Source: Paraspadella gotoi (Eukaryota; Animalia; Chaetognatha). Taken from it: a DNA stretch of 11,944 nt. Shown here piece by piece: positions 1-9,698 of the stretch (its first letter is position 1; each line of letters begins with the position of its first letter). The notes below the pieces were generated by a model. It was not told the origin of the DNA, searched no databases, and saw only the letters and a list, made by a program, of their open reading frames with translations. Location: NCBI GenBank assembly GCA_051294375.1, contig JBJCIZ010000700.1:1-11944 (forward strand). The letters run 5' to 3'. The translations under genes were made by a program, and so were the position numbers.

Positions 1-87
1 AGGAGAGACTATTCCACCTTTTTTTTTATTTTGCGGTTGGGAAAAAGCAGGGAGGTTAATGGTGGGACCACAGAGGGAGGAACAGAA

Positions 88-353
88 GAGAGAGAGAGAG
101 AGAAGGAACAGAGAGAGAGAAAAAGAAAAAAAAAGAAAGAATTGGAATTTTGTTAAAACTTTTAAAAATGTTTTTTTTAAATTCCTTTAGTGGCACGGCG
201 CCATCAGAGCGAAAATTAACGATTTCTGGAGGAAAAAAAGGAGAACAACAAATTTTTTTCGATTTTATGCGGGATAATAAATTACTGACAAGAGAAAGGG
301 GGAGGGAGACAGAGAGAGAAAAGAGAAAGAGAGAGAGAAGAGAGAGAGAGAAA

Positions 354-384
<31 letters not shown>

Positions 385-402
385 GATAGAGAGACGAGAG
401 AT
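88..402. repeat. Imperfect (GA)n purine microsatellite tracts (88-121, ~290-402)
   Basis: Directly visible; accounts for the spurious R/E-rich ORF 150..389. Confidence 0.9.
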
Positions 403-1129
403 AGGAAGAGCAAATCGAATATTGAAAGCAAAAGTGAGGTTTAAACTGTTCTCAGCAAAATTTCTATTGAGAAATGTTGATAGAACAGTAGGGAGGGTGG
501 GATGAAAGATTGAGTTGATTGAACATTATTTTTTTGGCTGCCTATGACATATAATGTAATGAATTTTAAATCCTTTTAAAAATATTTTAACAATAACAAG
601 TATAAGTAAATTCAATTATTTTATGTATAAATAAAATTGCACTATAATTTTTTTATTTTTTAAGAACAGTTTGGATTTGCCGTAAAAAAATAAATACACT
701 TTTTATAAAAATGTTATATGATTTTTTAATGTTTAGATCACAAAAAATGACTAAAACGTTTTAACATAATTAAAGTTTCCTACTACAGAAGATAAAAAAA
801 TCATAATTTTACCTTTTTTTTTCCGTTTTAAACGCTGAAGATAATAGAATTTTTTAATAACATGTTTTTATATTTTTGAATTCAACTTTTTATAAAGAAT
901 CTGAATCTTTAATAAAAGTTTTAATAAATATTTTTAAAATTTATAATTTATAAGAATATTACTACAAATAATTATATTTTACTATTGTGTTCGAGACAAT
1001 ATAAACAAAATTTTTTGTACTAGTTAATCATAAATATCTCACATCTAAATATCCTTGTTTCGATATATTTTTTTTTGTTCTTTAGAGGCTCCACTCTAAT
1101 AAACAGTTTTTTGTAGCAATACGATATGA

Positions 1130-1134
1130 TAGAA

Positions 1135-1171
<37 letters not shown>

Positions 1172-1200
1172 TAGAGAGAGAGAGAGAGAGAAGAGGAGAG
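1130..1200. repeat. (GA)n microsatellite
   Basis: Directly visible; produces the LSLS ORFs on the minus strand. Confidence 0.92.
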
Positions 1201-1400
1201 AATGTAATTGAATGTATAAAACAGAATACCGCATTGGGCACGTTTCTATGCGGCTATAACTCAGCGTTTTAAGTGAAGTCCAGTTCAAATTACCGATGTT
1301 CAGAAATACAATTCAAGATCTTGAAAATAACTTTTCAAAAACAAAAACGTGATATCTGGTAATAGATCAAAAAATTAAAAGTTAAAAAAGAAGAATGGTA

Positions 1401-1490
1401 AGAGAGAGAAGAGAGAGAGGAGATGAGAGAGAGAGAGAGGAAGAGAGAGAGAGAGAGAGAGATAGAGAGAGGAAAGAGAGAGAGGAGAGG
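1401..1490. repeat. (GA)n microsatellite
   Basis: Directly visible. Confidence 0.92.
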
Positions 1491-1760
1491 ACAGACAGCG
1501 TTATCGTTTTCGTTGAAGGAGCGACATTTTTCAATTCAAGTACATCGAATCGTTTTTATTTTGAAATGAAATTGGAACGAAACTTGAAGAATAAGGAAAT
1601 CGATAAAATGTAAACAAGAAGAAAAAACTTTGATTTTCTTTTTTATTTATATTATCATTTTTATTTTTTTTCTTTCAAATTTTCAAGGGTTTTATTTCTT
1701 CAATATTTACGTGTATGAATAACTTTACAATATCAACTCTTCTCCGTTTTCAACAAAAAT

Positions 1761-1768
1761 TCTCTCTC

Positions 1769-1808
<40 letters not shown>
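1761..1808. repeat. (CT)n microsatellite
   Basis: Directly visible. Confidence 0.92.
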
Positions 1809-1810
<2 letters not shown>

Positions 1811-2058
1811 ACTCCCGTCTCCGCGGAGGGGCAAGGGTAACGTCCCCTGTCAATCACGCATCTCCTCGTTTATTCTTTTGTTTACTGCGACTGCGCGCCT
1901 CGTGCCCTCTATCGTTAGGGTTGCAGAATTGCAAGAGACATACTCGGATTATCATTTACATCTAGGATAAATGTGGGGGCCTAAAAAATGATGTTAGGAA
2001 CAATCGCCATTTAAATATGTTGATCACTGGCCGTGCTACCTCTCTTGAAGGTTTTTTG

Positions 2059-3046
2059 GCACACCTTTCACTTCATAATTCTATTGGTCCAAAAGAGAAG
2101 AGATTTTAACATCCGCCTACCACCCTATTCAATTAGTTAAAGAAATGTATGAGGGTAATTCAAGTGAAATTTTAAATCCCAACTACCTCTAGAGGCTTTA
2201 TTACAGTATTCACAACATGCTGGAGAAGGTGGTAGTCATTACATTAATGAATGTATCTTTTGAGTATGGATAGTATTATAAAGGGTTTCTATAAGATTTT
2301 ATTCATCTATGAGACCTCTAACTTATTCAATAATTTGTTTTTTAGAATATAGGTATATCCACATCCTGGAGGATACTTCCTGTACAATTTTTTCAAAGAT
2401 ATGCCATATGTTCAAAATGTATATCTAGAATTTCTAATATAGCTTTAATCAATGAAGGAAGATAAGATAAAAGTTTTGGGAAAGTTTCATAATGATTGAT
2501 CAAGTACTTCTTAAGGCAGCCCCTCTTGAAGCATATTTTTTTTAAAAATTCACAAGCTGTCAATCAAAAAAAAAATTGGGTTGTGTCATCATTATTAGCT
2601 TTATTAGTTAGCTTAATACTCTTGGTTTATATTTTCATCAAAATATTTTGTGCAAAATATTACATGGGGCTTGTAAAGGCATTCCCAATATGCTGAAGGA
2701 TGTGGACGAGCGATTGCTTTGGAAAAAGCTTTCAATTAGTAAGTCTTTAAGCTATTATTTCTCAAAATACATATTTTTTGATAATATTCGGTTTTTTCCA
2801 CTAGTTTTTATCGAGGTGTGCCCACAACTTGGTGGATTATTCCTGTACAAATAGCCAGAAGGAGGCAAAATTTTAACCAAATTGAATTTGAGTCATTTAT
2901 GTCGTAATGTTGAAGCATACAAAAATCTAAATCTTGAGAAGAGACAATCTTTAAGTTTAATACTATAATACAATCATGTATTTTTTAAATTTTTCGTGCA
3001 TTCATAATCATTCGCAAAGTTTATGAAAGAAAGAGAGAAAGAAAGA
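2059..3046 (+). repeat. Left arm of long inverted repeat
   Basis: Reverse complement of 10965-11944, compared by eye; ORFs 2496..2696 and 2648..2854 mirror 11315..11515 and 11157..11363. Confidence 0.97.
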
Positions 3047-3827
3047 AAGAAAGAATTTGTCAGCTGGTACAATTTTCTTCAGTTAATTATTGATGGTAGC
3101 GAATTTCATTTAGAACTTCTATTATAGAGAAAACGGTTCTTACTTTAGTTAATGAAAATGTTTTGTCTCATTATTGAAAAAATATTTAACATAAGCAAGC
3201 ATTTCGTAAAAATTTTAATTCTTTTCAACACGATACAGCGTCGGAACTGCTCAAACTCGAAAAAATATTGAGCAAAATACAATTTTGAACCCTACTTCCC
3301 TTACCTTGCATGAGCCTGATAAAAATAATTTAAAAACAGCACTTGCAGGCGGTCGATGATGATTCCTGAAAGCCTCAAAAGCTTTGTTCTAAAATGAGTG
3401 ATTTCTAGAGAGGTAATATTAGCACTGAGAAATTTTTCGGTCAATTTCATGTTGCTCAAAGATCTTTAAATTATGTAGCTATTTTTCAGCGGACGGAACA
3501 AAAATATAATGTCAAGCTAACAAAATAATAACGAGTCAAAAACTTTTATTTTCTGACTGTATTTAGAACATTACATGATGCTATAATTGGTTCAAATGTT
3601 TTTGTGAGTCAAAGCTTCAAAAATGTTTGCTAAAAAGTATCAATGCCGTTCCTCATTTTTTCTCAAATGTCAAAATTTGTCGCGAAGAAAAAGAACAAAA
3701 AACAAGAACCCAACTTTTTATTGTTAATAAAGTACAAGCAAAAGCAATTATGCAAAACTACAAATTTCAAAAAAGGTAGACCTAATGAATTTTGAAGGAT
3801 GACTAAGTGTAAATAAAAAAAAAGGAT

Positions 3828-4081
3828 TATGGCGGAATATTCAGACCGCCTCACATCCACTACCGTGCAGCCAATCCCATTGGCTCAGAGGGGAAACGCA
3901 CCATCCCAAGCGTTGCGTTCCATCCTAGTCCTAACGACTTCCCTCTGCTTTGCCAAAGCGAGACCATCCTAGGGTAACTGCGCCAGTGACAGGAAGAGTC
4001 AGTGAAGGGCGAAAGCCCCCAAAACAAACAGTGAGATGCCCCTTCTCAATAGGCATCACAGGCAACCCGGCTGTTGCCATA
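3828..4081 (+). mobile_element. Solo-LTR-like insert A (254 bp) with tRNA-like promoter and decayed twister
   Basis: GC-rich island; ends TATGGC...GCCATA; 5' hairpin ggcgg/ccgcc; A-box-like TGGCTCAGAGGG (3881) and B-box-like GTTCCATCC (3917); flanks ggat/ctat match only 2/4. Confidence 0.65.
3945..4031 (+). ncRNA. Degenerate type-P5 twister ribozyme
   Basis: AAA-GCGA-GA-CCA-TCCTAGGG-TAA-CTGC-GC-[P3 cagtgac/gtcagtg]-AAGG-GCGA-AA-GC-CCCC; same register as 5840-5922 but with mismatches in P2, P4 and T1. Confidence 0.5.
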
Positions 4082-4189
4082 CTATTTCCGAAAAAGAGTT
4101 GACCGGCGAAAATCTGGATACTTTTTACGATCCTGGTCAACACTGCAAAACATGCCTTCACGACTTTCTGGTTCAACTGGGCCAAATTC
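4082..4189 (-). CDS. Transposase exon 8 (EFGPVEPESREGMFCSVDQDRKKYPDFRRSTLFRK*)
   Basis: Manual translation resembling the family C-terminal RKxxPxxxKSTL pattern; weak acceptor taataag|; stop TAG at 4084-4082. Confidence 0.7.
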   Translation of the reverse strand, partial: EFGPVEPESREGMFCSVDQDRKKYPDFRRSTLFRK

Positions 4190-7100
4190 CTTATTAAACA
4201 TACCAGAGTTGTGAAATCAAGAAAGGCTAAAAATACGATTTATCATATAAAAAGATAGGTCGAATAGTATGATAGAAACTAAAGCCTAAAAATTCAAAGG
4301 AATTCGGTGACAAAAATTAACAATTTTTTTTAAATTTAAAGAAAAGACAATACTAAGTTAGGTTTTTGTTAAAAATACCTGCGGGGAAAAAATATTAAAA
4401 TTTCATATTATTTTTAAATTTACCTTGTACTTTTTTGCAAAGCTGCATACTCTTTCCGCGGGATCGTTGACGCCAATGAGAGATTTGACAGTTGCCTGCG
4501 CCTCCATGTACTGTGGGTCGTCATCCCAAGGAGGATTTCGCTGCAGCCATGCCGGTTCGTCTTCTGAAAGGAGATGGAACAACACCCACGTCTCCGAGCC
4601 AACATAGTCCTCAATTTTTTTCGAAGAATCCAGAAGAGGAAATGCTGGTTTCCTTGGAATATCCGCTTCTCTCGGCATCGAAATAATTCGGGCTGCAACT
4701 CGGGCTTTCTCTTCATTAGATAATGAAGTTGAAAACAGACAGAGTCCTACGTGTCTTTCCTGGAGACTCCATGACTGACGTTGCAAAACAGAGGCCGCGC
4801 TGTCAGCTATACCTCGATTGATCCTGCAGGTGAATTAAAGTAAAAAATGATTATTGTTGTGGGTTTTTCTCTCATAAAACAAACGCTATACAGGGTTTAA
4901 GCAGTCCAATTATAATTCCATTTAATAATAAAGACGCGATTCCAATTTGACATTATTAAACGTATATAGACAAACATAAGGACAAATGTGAATAAGCGAG
5001 GACAAACATGAATAGACGAGGACAAACGCTTAAATCTAAAGAGAATTTAATTATTAATTTCACAAATAATTTCAAATATTCAACAAAAATATTACCTCCT
5101 GGTTGCATCATATAATCAAGAAAAACCTTAGTTTCAATAAGTTTAGATCTCTTAAATACTACTTTTGACCAATAAGAAGCTAAAATTGTGGTTAGGAAAA
5201 ATAAGGAAACTTTAAACCAATAGGAAAACAGGAATTATTAAGTCACGATTCTGACTCTAAATATAGGTTTGTTTCCTCGATTCGAACGGACAGAGTTAAA
5301 CTCAGATAAAATCATTAAATATCTCTACAATTATGTTCAAAATTTTTTTATCAAACAAATGTCATTACCTTTTGTACAGCTCTAAATCGCGCCAAAGCTT
5401 TACATCTAAATATGCAGTTTCAACAACTAAAGGAGCCTTCATCCATGGCAATGCATAAAGAAAAACAATGAATCTTGAAATTTCCACAACCTGATGAGAT
5501 TCTTCTGAAGTCAAAGCAAATTGATCTCGAAGAAGACACATATTGAGTGCATAGATGGCTTTGCTCATGAAGCGCGCTTTATGTATGTTGGGAGGTTTTT
5601 GAAGATATACCTCGGAAGATAAACCGGCCGCAAACTGAATTTAAAAAGTATTTAATTTAAGCACAACCATTATTAAAAATTTGCATTATACAGTCATGTG
5701 CCAAAAAATCGCGCCACTGTGGCGAATCCTAAATTCGCCTCCCGTATAGCTAGGTGAAATTCAGCTTGTCCCATTGGCTTGGACAGTTAAGTACTCGTTC
5801 ACTAACCGTGAGTTCCGGGTTCAATCCCCTCACGGTCACGCTGGTTAAAGTGTGATGGTGTCGACATAAACACGCCTGTGACATGGGGTGGTTACTGCAG
5901 GTCCAAAGCCCTGAGCGCCAGCTATCGGGAAATGCTTCACACTCCTGGCATCATACATGTCCCTCTATTGCCATACCACTTTATTTCTAATTTTAAAAAT
6001 TTTATAAATAATATATTAATATAAAGTTGTACCAATTTCATAAAGTTTATTAAAATTGGGCCATCTATTTAAGAACAATGATTTTAAAATGAAATACTCT
6101 ACCACAAAGCTGAATATAAAAAAAATCTGAAATATTTAAAACTATTTTGTTGTTGATATTTTGCAATATTTAAAGTAAATTTAAAAAAAAATTATATTAA
6201 ACATCCAGAAAGATAGCTAAATAACTGGATTATACTAGATCTCTGAATAATTATTAAAACATACAATAAAAGACAGGTCCATGATTATAAAGCTTTTATA
6301 CAGATTAAATGCGTTAAAAAAATTTATAAAAATAAAATTTAATTTTATCATTTAGTTTTGAAATATTTAAGTTTAAATATTTTTTAAAATAATTTTTAAA
6401 AATATATTTATTAAACATTTAGAATTTAAAGTTATAAAAAGGCGCGTTTTTTTGCACAGGAGTGTATTTAAAATACTTACGATAACTAGCCTCCAGAAGT
6501 ACAAATAATCCCCGCGAGGGACAAACAATTTTTCCGATGAGATTTCCACCTCTTGCATATATTCCTTTAATCTCTGGTGCAAACCCAAAATCATTCGACG
6601 CCTGTCCGTAAATACGTTTGGACAAGTTCGATCAAGCTTGCTTGGAACTTTTCCCTCTTCAAAAAACTTTGCAAATCGAGCGCAGAGAGCATCCGATGGT
6701 TGATTTGAAGGTTGAGCTTGAACACTTTGCCAAGAAGCTGCTAATACCAGTTCAAGAACATGGTGGCGGCAAGCCAACCAAAGCAATCTCCTCTCGATCC
6801 AGTTTTCAATACGAGAACAGGCTCCTAAAAATAAATTATATAATATAAAGCCATTACTAATTAACTAATTAAATAAAAGAAATTTGAAATAAATGCATAT
6901 TGTTTCGATGTTAGTGGTGCCAGCCTAGGTGGTGGATTAGGCCTGCAAGGCGTTACGGGTGGAAGAGCCGTCTGACTGCGTGTATCGCTGCGATAGCGAC
7001 TCCAATGAGACGGTGGGCGTCAAAGGTGACACCGACAGCCGCGCGGCGTTCAGCACATCGATTGCCGCTTATATAGCATTTAAGAGGTTTATGTCAGCAT

Positions 7101-9642
7101 TAATTCCAGTCTGTGTAGCGACATCGGCAGTGGTAGCTGTACCAGCAGATGAAATGGACTTGGTAGTGTTGGTGGAGGTATCAAGTATCAACTGTAGTTA
7201 CGTTGTTTGTGGCAGTAAAAGCGTCTTTCTTTGAAGGGAGCCATCCAAACGTAGGCAGGTATGACGAAAAGGTCAGTGATGGTTTTTTATTTTTTTACAA
7301 ATAATTTTCAGAGGGGTTTTCGCGGTTCATGTCGGGCTTACACCAGTTATGTAGAGGTACTTTTATTAGCAATAATATAATAACAGACAGAGAGACATGT
7401 TGTTAAAATGAGAGATCGTGAGAGAACTCGAGGTAAAGAGCGCGTCAGTAAGAAAGAGTGAGAGAGAGAGAGTGATTAGGAGCCGACTTCATGAGCGACC
7501 ACTAAACAGAGTAGCCAACTGGGGTCAAATCTGTGGCGACGAAAACGTCGCCATAATCCTTAAAAAAAATACCTTGATACAATCCAGTATTGGATGCGGT
7601 AGTATCAAACGATAACCCAATGATATTATCTTTAATTCCACAAAAAATTATCTTTTCTTTTACATGCTTGGCGACTTCCTCTCCTAGGTGACAAGAAAAA
7701 CTATTAAGACAAGTTTAATAATTAAGACAAATTAAGAAATCAACGTACCTCGTCCACTATCAGCAATAATTATTCCTAAATGACATTCTAAATCCTCGCC
7801 AGTCATGGTGAGAGCCAAATGTTCCTTCAATTCATTTCCTTGAGAATAACCTAGTTTTATTTTAACACCGTCAAAGTGTATAATGCCCTTTTCCGGAAAT
7901 TTTTGGTAAGCAGACTGCAGACGAGCATCTGTTCTGGCCTCCTCCATCCGTCTTTGCACCGTTCGGTGAGAAAGAGTCACATCGTCTGGATCTCCGCCTC
8001 CCAAAATAACAAACTGGCCGAGAAGTTCAGTTAACGCTCGAGGCGTTACCTGGTGTCGATCTGCCCAGGGCGCTAATCCCGATATGAAAGACTCATTTCG
8101 AAAAGTGAGTCGAATTTCCTCCTTTCTCTTTTGGGGAAGCCATTCCGGATCTGAATCTGAAGAATATAAAGAAGTTCCAGATGTGCCCGGAGCTTCACAG
8201 TCAATGGAAGTAGAAGGGTCCTGGCCATATAGACGAGAACTTGTATCCATTTGATTGTTCTCAGTCATATCAAGGGCCATGAGATCTTTTGGATTACTTC
8301 GAGATGAACTTCCAGTATACAAGCAAGAACAAAGAGTCTGTGAGGGGTCTGACATACATTGGCTGCACAATGACCGGAATTGTTCCTACGAAGGTAAAAA
8401 TATTTTTATTTTGTGAGATTCGATATAATTCCTTAGTTATAGTTGTTTGAGATTTGATAAAAAAGTATTTTGTTTCGACAACGATGATTATTTACTATAA
8501 AAAACAGACATAAAGAAAGAAAGAGATACCAAAGCTCTCTCTCTTTCTTTTTTTTCTCAATCTCCCTCTCTTTCTCTTTCTCAAAATCCCTCCCATAATT
8601 TCATTCGAATTTTGTGATATTCAAAATATTATAGTATAAACGATGAACTTTTGATTCAACCGAAAAGAGATTCAGTTTATCAATCTCATTTGCATATTGT
8701 CGTATTCACATTGACTTGTCATAAATTATATTACTGTGTCATTTCTTGGTCTTATATCACGATTTGTCATTAGTGTAGCAATTGATGATAATGATTGATT
8801 AGAGAGTTTTGGCAATTTATTAATGATAATTATCAATAACTAATTTATAAGTATACTGATTGGAACCCACTCTTAGGTATTTCAATTTTATTTTAAAGCC
8901 TCAGGATTGACTGTCTGCTTTGTCTTGGGACGAAGCAAGTAAGCATCTCATGTTCAGCAAATTAATTAGTTAAGCTAAGTATACTATTATTTAAAGACCA
9001 ATTTGCACCCTGACCGAATTAATATGTAATTATTTTTAGTTACTCCCAAAAATTCTTAAAATTTATAAGAATTTTTACCAGTCTTTTTTTTTTCCATTCG
9101 AAGGAACGTTCATCAAATCGATCGTGGTCCTCGTATTTGCGGCGGCGAAGAGAGTAAGATTTTTGTTGCGTACTTGACGTTTCAGCAGTTTTTTCTTCGT
9201 GTTTCAAAATGCTTTTTTCATTCAGTTCTAAAAGGAATGGATCGTCGATGGTTTTCTGCCACTGCAAAATGTTTTCTTCATAAGCTGCGAGGTTCTTCTT
9301 CGGATAAGATTGAAGGCGCCTGTAATAATGATAAGAATATAGTTTAGTTGAATGACGACCAAAGTTGGTTTAAAGCAATTACCTTGAAATATTCCATAAT
9401 TTAATAATTTCTCTTTCCAGAGAGATTGGTGTTTTGAGACGAGATGTATCATCCAATGAACCATTCGCGGATGAACACTGACGTAACTCGAGGAGCGCCA
9501 GGACCACTGCCTTTGCCGCCTTCTTTCGGGTTTCTTTTTTCGTGTTTAAGTGATAATTAAATAACTTTAAAGTGTCACGTTTTGTTGGAACAGTATTTTC
9601 ATAAAAAGATTGAATAGGAGAGAGATCAATTTTGTTTTCCAT
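4082..9642 (-). CDS. hAT-like (hATm-type) DDE transposase, 8 exons: 9642-9383, 9319-9079, 8385-7749, 7683-7573, 6824-6481, 5634-5369, 4823-4424, 4189-4082; 2367 nt, 788 aa
   Basis: All introns are GT-AG and phases join without stops. Motifs in order: IHFDG (D1), LSFDTTASNTG (D2), WLACRHH (CxxH), PRGDY, HKARFMSKAIY (RW-equivalent), VNDPAER (E), RKKYPDFRRSTL. Exons 1-2 are less certain than the catalytic exons. Confidence 0.85.
4424..4823 (-). CDS. Transposase exon 7 (VNDPAER, catalytic E)
   Basis: Acceptor ctgcag|G, donor AAG|gtaaat. Confidence 0.9.
4969..5027. repeat. Short tandem array of GACAAA(C/T) motifs, ~20-bp period, intronic
   Basis: Motif at 4969, 4981, 5001, 5021; units gacaaatgtgaataagcgag and gacaaacatgaatagacgag. 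Confidence 0.75.
5369..5634 (-). CDS. Transposase exon 6 (KPPNIHKARFMSKAIY)
   Basis: Acceptor attcag|TTT, donor AAG|gtaatg. Confidence 0.9.
5775..5828 (+). promoter_or_regulatory. tRNA-derived internal Pol III promoter (A/B boxes)
   Basis: A-box-like TGGCTTGGACAG at 5775 and B-box GGTTCAATCCC at 5818-5828, with tRNA-like spacing. Confidence 0.65.
5840..5922 (+). ncRNA. Type-P5 (circularly permuted) twister ribozyme, predicted cleavage U5867/A5868
   Basis: P5 GCTGG/CCAGC; P2 GTGT(5850-53)/ACAC(5870-73); conserved GA (5854-55) and UAA; T1 TGG(5856-58)/CCA(5903-05); T2 GC(5874-75)/GC(5908-09); P3 GTGAC/GTTAC; P4 CAGG/CCTG around UCCA-AA-GC. Compensatory changes relative to the canonical GCCGGUCCCAAGCCCGG...GAGGG core. 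Confidence 0.85.
6481..6824 (-). CDS. Transposase exon 5 (WLACRHH)
   Basis: Acceptor ttttag|, donor ATC|gtaagt. Confidence 0.9.
6910..7555 (-). mobile_element. Truncated LTR retroelement: LTR (7555-7350), PBS and decayed gag-like region, in transposase intron 4
   Basis: Minus strand runs TATGGCG...AATAAA...CTACA then taac-TGGTGTAAGCCCGACATGA (close to tRNA-Trp PBS TGGTGACCCCGACGTGA); the following S/T/A-rich frame has several stops. Lower boundary approximate. Confidence 0.6.
7573..7683 (-). CDS. Transposase exon 4 (EEVAKHVKEKIIFCGIKDNIIGLSFDTTASNTGLYQ), missed by the ORF track
   Basis: Manual translation; acceptor cctag|, donor AAG|gtattt; carries the second catalytic D. Confidence 0.9.
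7749..8385 (-). CDS. Transposase exon 3 (contains first catalytic D, IHFDG)
   Basis: Acceptor ccttcgtag|GAA; donor GAG|gtacgt; frame of ORF 7732..8370. Confidence 0.85.
9079..9319 (-). CDS. Transposase exon 2 (RLQSYPKK...WKKKRL), basic NLS-like stretches
   Basis: Acceptor ttacag|G; donor CTG|gtaaaa; open in the frame of ORF 9040..9267. Confidence 0.65.
9383..9642 (-). CDS. Transposase exon 1 (MENKIDLSP...KLWNIS)
   Basis: ATG at 9642; donor AG|gtaatt; phase 2. Confidence 0.7.
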
Positions 9643-9698
9643 TATGTACTACAATAAACAGAAATTAGCGGTATACAAAATCATATGTATATGTATAT

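Larger units (their letters stand above)
5718..5975 (+). mobile_element. Solo-LTR-like insert B (258 bp) with tRNA-like promoter and twister ribozyme
   Basis: Perfect 4-bp TSD CCAC (5714-5717, 5976-5979); ends TGTGGC...GCCATA; 5' hairpin ggcgaat/attcgcc. Confidence 0.82.

Noticed and set aside
150-1613. ORFs 150..389, 1020..1241, 1082..1288, 1395..1613
   Set aside because: Translations of GA/CT microsatellites (RERE, LSLS); no coding signal.
2496-2854. Duplicated ORFs mirrored at 11157..11515
   Set aside because: Identity simply reflects the inverted repeat; non-ATG starts and no recognisable motifs.
3305-3388. Possible extra minus-strand exon (ttttag|...|gtaag)
   Set aside because: Lies downstream of the stop codon and has no protein similarity; splice-like signals are common in AT-rich DNA.
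3888-3915. GAGGG...TCCCAAGC as an additional twister
   Set aside because: Lacks UAA and P2, and spacing is too short; lies within the tRNA-like segment.
3931-4185. 84-aa minus-strand ORF
   Set aside because: Off-frame to transposase exon 8 and runs through non-coding insert A.
4420-4716. Overlapping ORFs 4420..4716, 4425..4607, 4492..4686
   Set aside because: Alternative-frame or antisense shadows of transposase exon 7.
4969-5027. CRISPR-like array
   Set aside because: Units are too short, spacers resemble each other, the context is eukaryotic and no cas genes are present.
5770-5840. Functional tRNA gene or ordinary SINE
   Set aside because: No convincing cloverleaf; embedded in a unit with inverted termini and a 4-bp TSD, with no tail.
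6959-7615. Plus-strand ORFs 6959..7234 and 7418..7615
   Set aside because: Antisense to the decayed LTR element; no motifs.
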